36,403 bases of DNA from the NCBI RefSeq assembly GCF_004010195.1, contig NC_057752.1:9930862-9967264 (forward strand), written 5' to 3'. A program made the position numbers and the translations under genes. This DNA is from Chiloscyllium plagiosum. Taxonomy: Eukaryota. Below, in pieces: positions 34,500 to 36,403 of this stretch (its first letter is position 1; the number at the start of each line of letters is the position of its first letter). The notes beneath the pieces are model-generated. The model saw only the letters and a list, made by a program, of their open reading frames with translations, ran no database searches and was not told where the DNA came from.

Positions 34500-35600
34500 A
34501 TAGAAATATTAAAAACAGAAGCAGGTATAGACCATTAAGCCCTTCAAGCCTGCTTCACCATTAAATATGATCATGACTGATCATCCAATGCAGTCCCCTG
34601 TTCCTGCTTCCTCCCCATATCCTTTGATCCCTTTCGACCCAAGAACTATCTCCAACTTCTTCTTGAAAACATTCAATGTTTTTGCCTCAAACACTTTCTG
34701 TGGCAGAGAATTCCACAGGCTCACCACTCTGTGGGTGAAGACATTTCTTCTCACCTGAATCCTAAAATGGCCTGGTTCTGGGTTCCCTGGTTATCAGGAA
34801 CATCCTTCTGGCGTTTACCTTGTCTAGTCCTGTTAGAATTTTAATAGGTTTTGAGGGGATACTGTATTATTCTTCAAAACTGCAGTGAATATAGTCCTAA
34901 CTAATCTAGTTTCTGCTCATGCGTCAGTCCTGCCATGCTAAGAAGAAGTCTGGTAAACCTTAGTTCCAATCCCTCCATTGCCAGAACACCCTTCCTCAGT
35001 GGCAATGGAAAGGCACAGCAGGTCAGGCAGCATCCAAAGAGCAGGAAAATCGACGTTTCAGACATTCCTGATGAAGGGCTTTTGCCCGAAACATCGATGT
35101 TCCTGCTCCTCGGATGCTGCCTGACCTGCTGTGCTTTTCCAGCACCACTCTAATCTTGACTCTAAGCTGCAGCATCTGCAGTCCTCACTTTTGCTTAGCT
35201 TGAAAATAATACATTTTTCTCAATGCTCTGCTGTTATATTCTTTAGACTACTCTAGCATTTTCCCCAATAACAGCTGTTAAAACTAACTCGCCTATATCT
35301 GGACCTGCTTTTGTCTTCTTCCCTTTATAAAGGGGTTACAGCAGCATTTTTTCCAACCGCTGGAGCTTTTGACGAATCCTGAAAGATCACCACTAGTGCA
35401 TCCACTATCTATGTAGCTCCTTCTCGTAATATCCTAGGACGCAACCCATCAGATCCAGAGAATTAAACAGACTTTGGCCCCATTAGTTTCCTGAACAATT
35501 TTTCTCAATTCGTTAATGAATTTATTTCTCCTCCTCCTTTTGATTATTTAGTATTTTTTAATGCTGTTCATGTCTTCAATTGTGAAGACCGATGAAAGTA
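34500..35600 (-). mobile_element. Decayed CR1 LINE, interrupted by a hairpin element
   Basis: CR1 3' UTR (gcccttcaagcctgcttcacca), ggcagagaattccacagg..caccactct; upstream SGSDGLRPRIL motif near 35440. Confidence 0.8.
35006..35195 (+). mobile_element. Hairpin PLE-derived mini-element with hammerhead core
   Basis: Arms 35006-35059 and 35088-35141 are near-perfect reverse complements; CTGATGA-A-GGGC-tttt-GCCC-GAAAC at 35068-35092. Confidence 0.85.
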
Positions 35601-36344
35601 TTTTTCTCCCCCTCAAACTGAATGCGAAATTCACTTTTTCAGACTAGATGGACACAGGGACAAAAATCTAGTCAGAGGCATTTAAAATTACGCGAAAATC
35701 CTTCCCAAGTCATCTTCTGGTGCCAACAGTGAGCAGCGGCCTATTTGGTGGTGCACCCAACAAGTACTCAGGTTGCACATTCAAAATGAGATGATTCTTA
35801 AGCAGCCAGCAACTTTTTTTTGTTGTTCACATTTTGGTTCAGTGAGAGGTCAAATTCTTTGTGGCATATTGGCCGGATGCAGCGGATTTAAATTGCTGAT
35901 GCAAACAGGAGCCACGGCAAAATTCCCTTTCCCCATGAAATATAAAACAGCTGAACGAGGATTTCTGGCCAGATTAGCATTCAAGTTCAGTGTTCTGGAG
36001 TAATCAGCAGGCAGGAAACTCAGACCCACAATGTCATCATTTTAAGACTTTATTGGAATTGAGAATGCCAACTTAAAACTGTAATGTTAGTTCCAAGGCT
36101 CTGCTCACCCAACATAGGGAGGTCCAATGTAACTACAAGCAATTGGCTCAAAACGAATAATCAGCCCTTCAAACTGCAGCTATTTAGCATCATTCTTTCA
36201 AGGAAGACAGTATTGTTACTTGCCTCTTTGACTTTACTTCAAATTCCATTTTCAGTATATCAAACTTACTGGTTTCACATCCCACATCTAAAATTGCTAT
36301 ATCCTCAATTCACCCCAATACAAAAGCCTCAAGCTGTGACTGAA

Positions 36345-36355
36345 GCGAGAGAGAA

Positions 36356-36403
<48 letters not shown>
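36345..36403. repeat. (GA)n microsatellite
   Basis: Direct inspection; runs to the window end. Confidence 0.95.

Overview
Repeat-rich vertebrate DNA, most likely from a shark (inferred from HE1-type SINEs and HER1/CR1 LINEs). The window is mostly intronic. The ORF track shows mainly transposon debris and misses the host gene, a minus-strand coiled-coil gene made of short exons. That gene contains a three-exon module (45/51, 38 and 91/92 nt; about 58-60 aa) present twice, at 24.5-29.5 kb and 6.6-18.7 kb, with matching exon order, largely matching splice phases and many synonymous differences. The introns hold decayed CR1/HER1 LINEs, HE1 SINEs, an L1 3' end with a target-site duplication (TSD), a decayed PIF/Harbinger transposase, and several Penelope-like (PLE) elements or short derivatives. 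Most of the PLE-type elements form inverted repeats and carry minimal hammerhead-ribozyme cores. No prokaryotic-type system is present. Family assignments rest on recognised motifs, not database searches, and most repeat boundaries are approximate.
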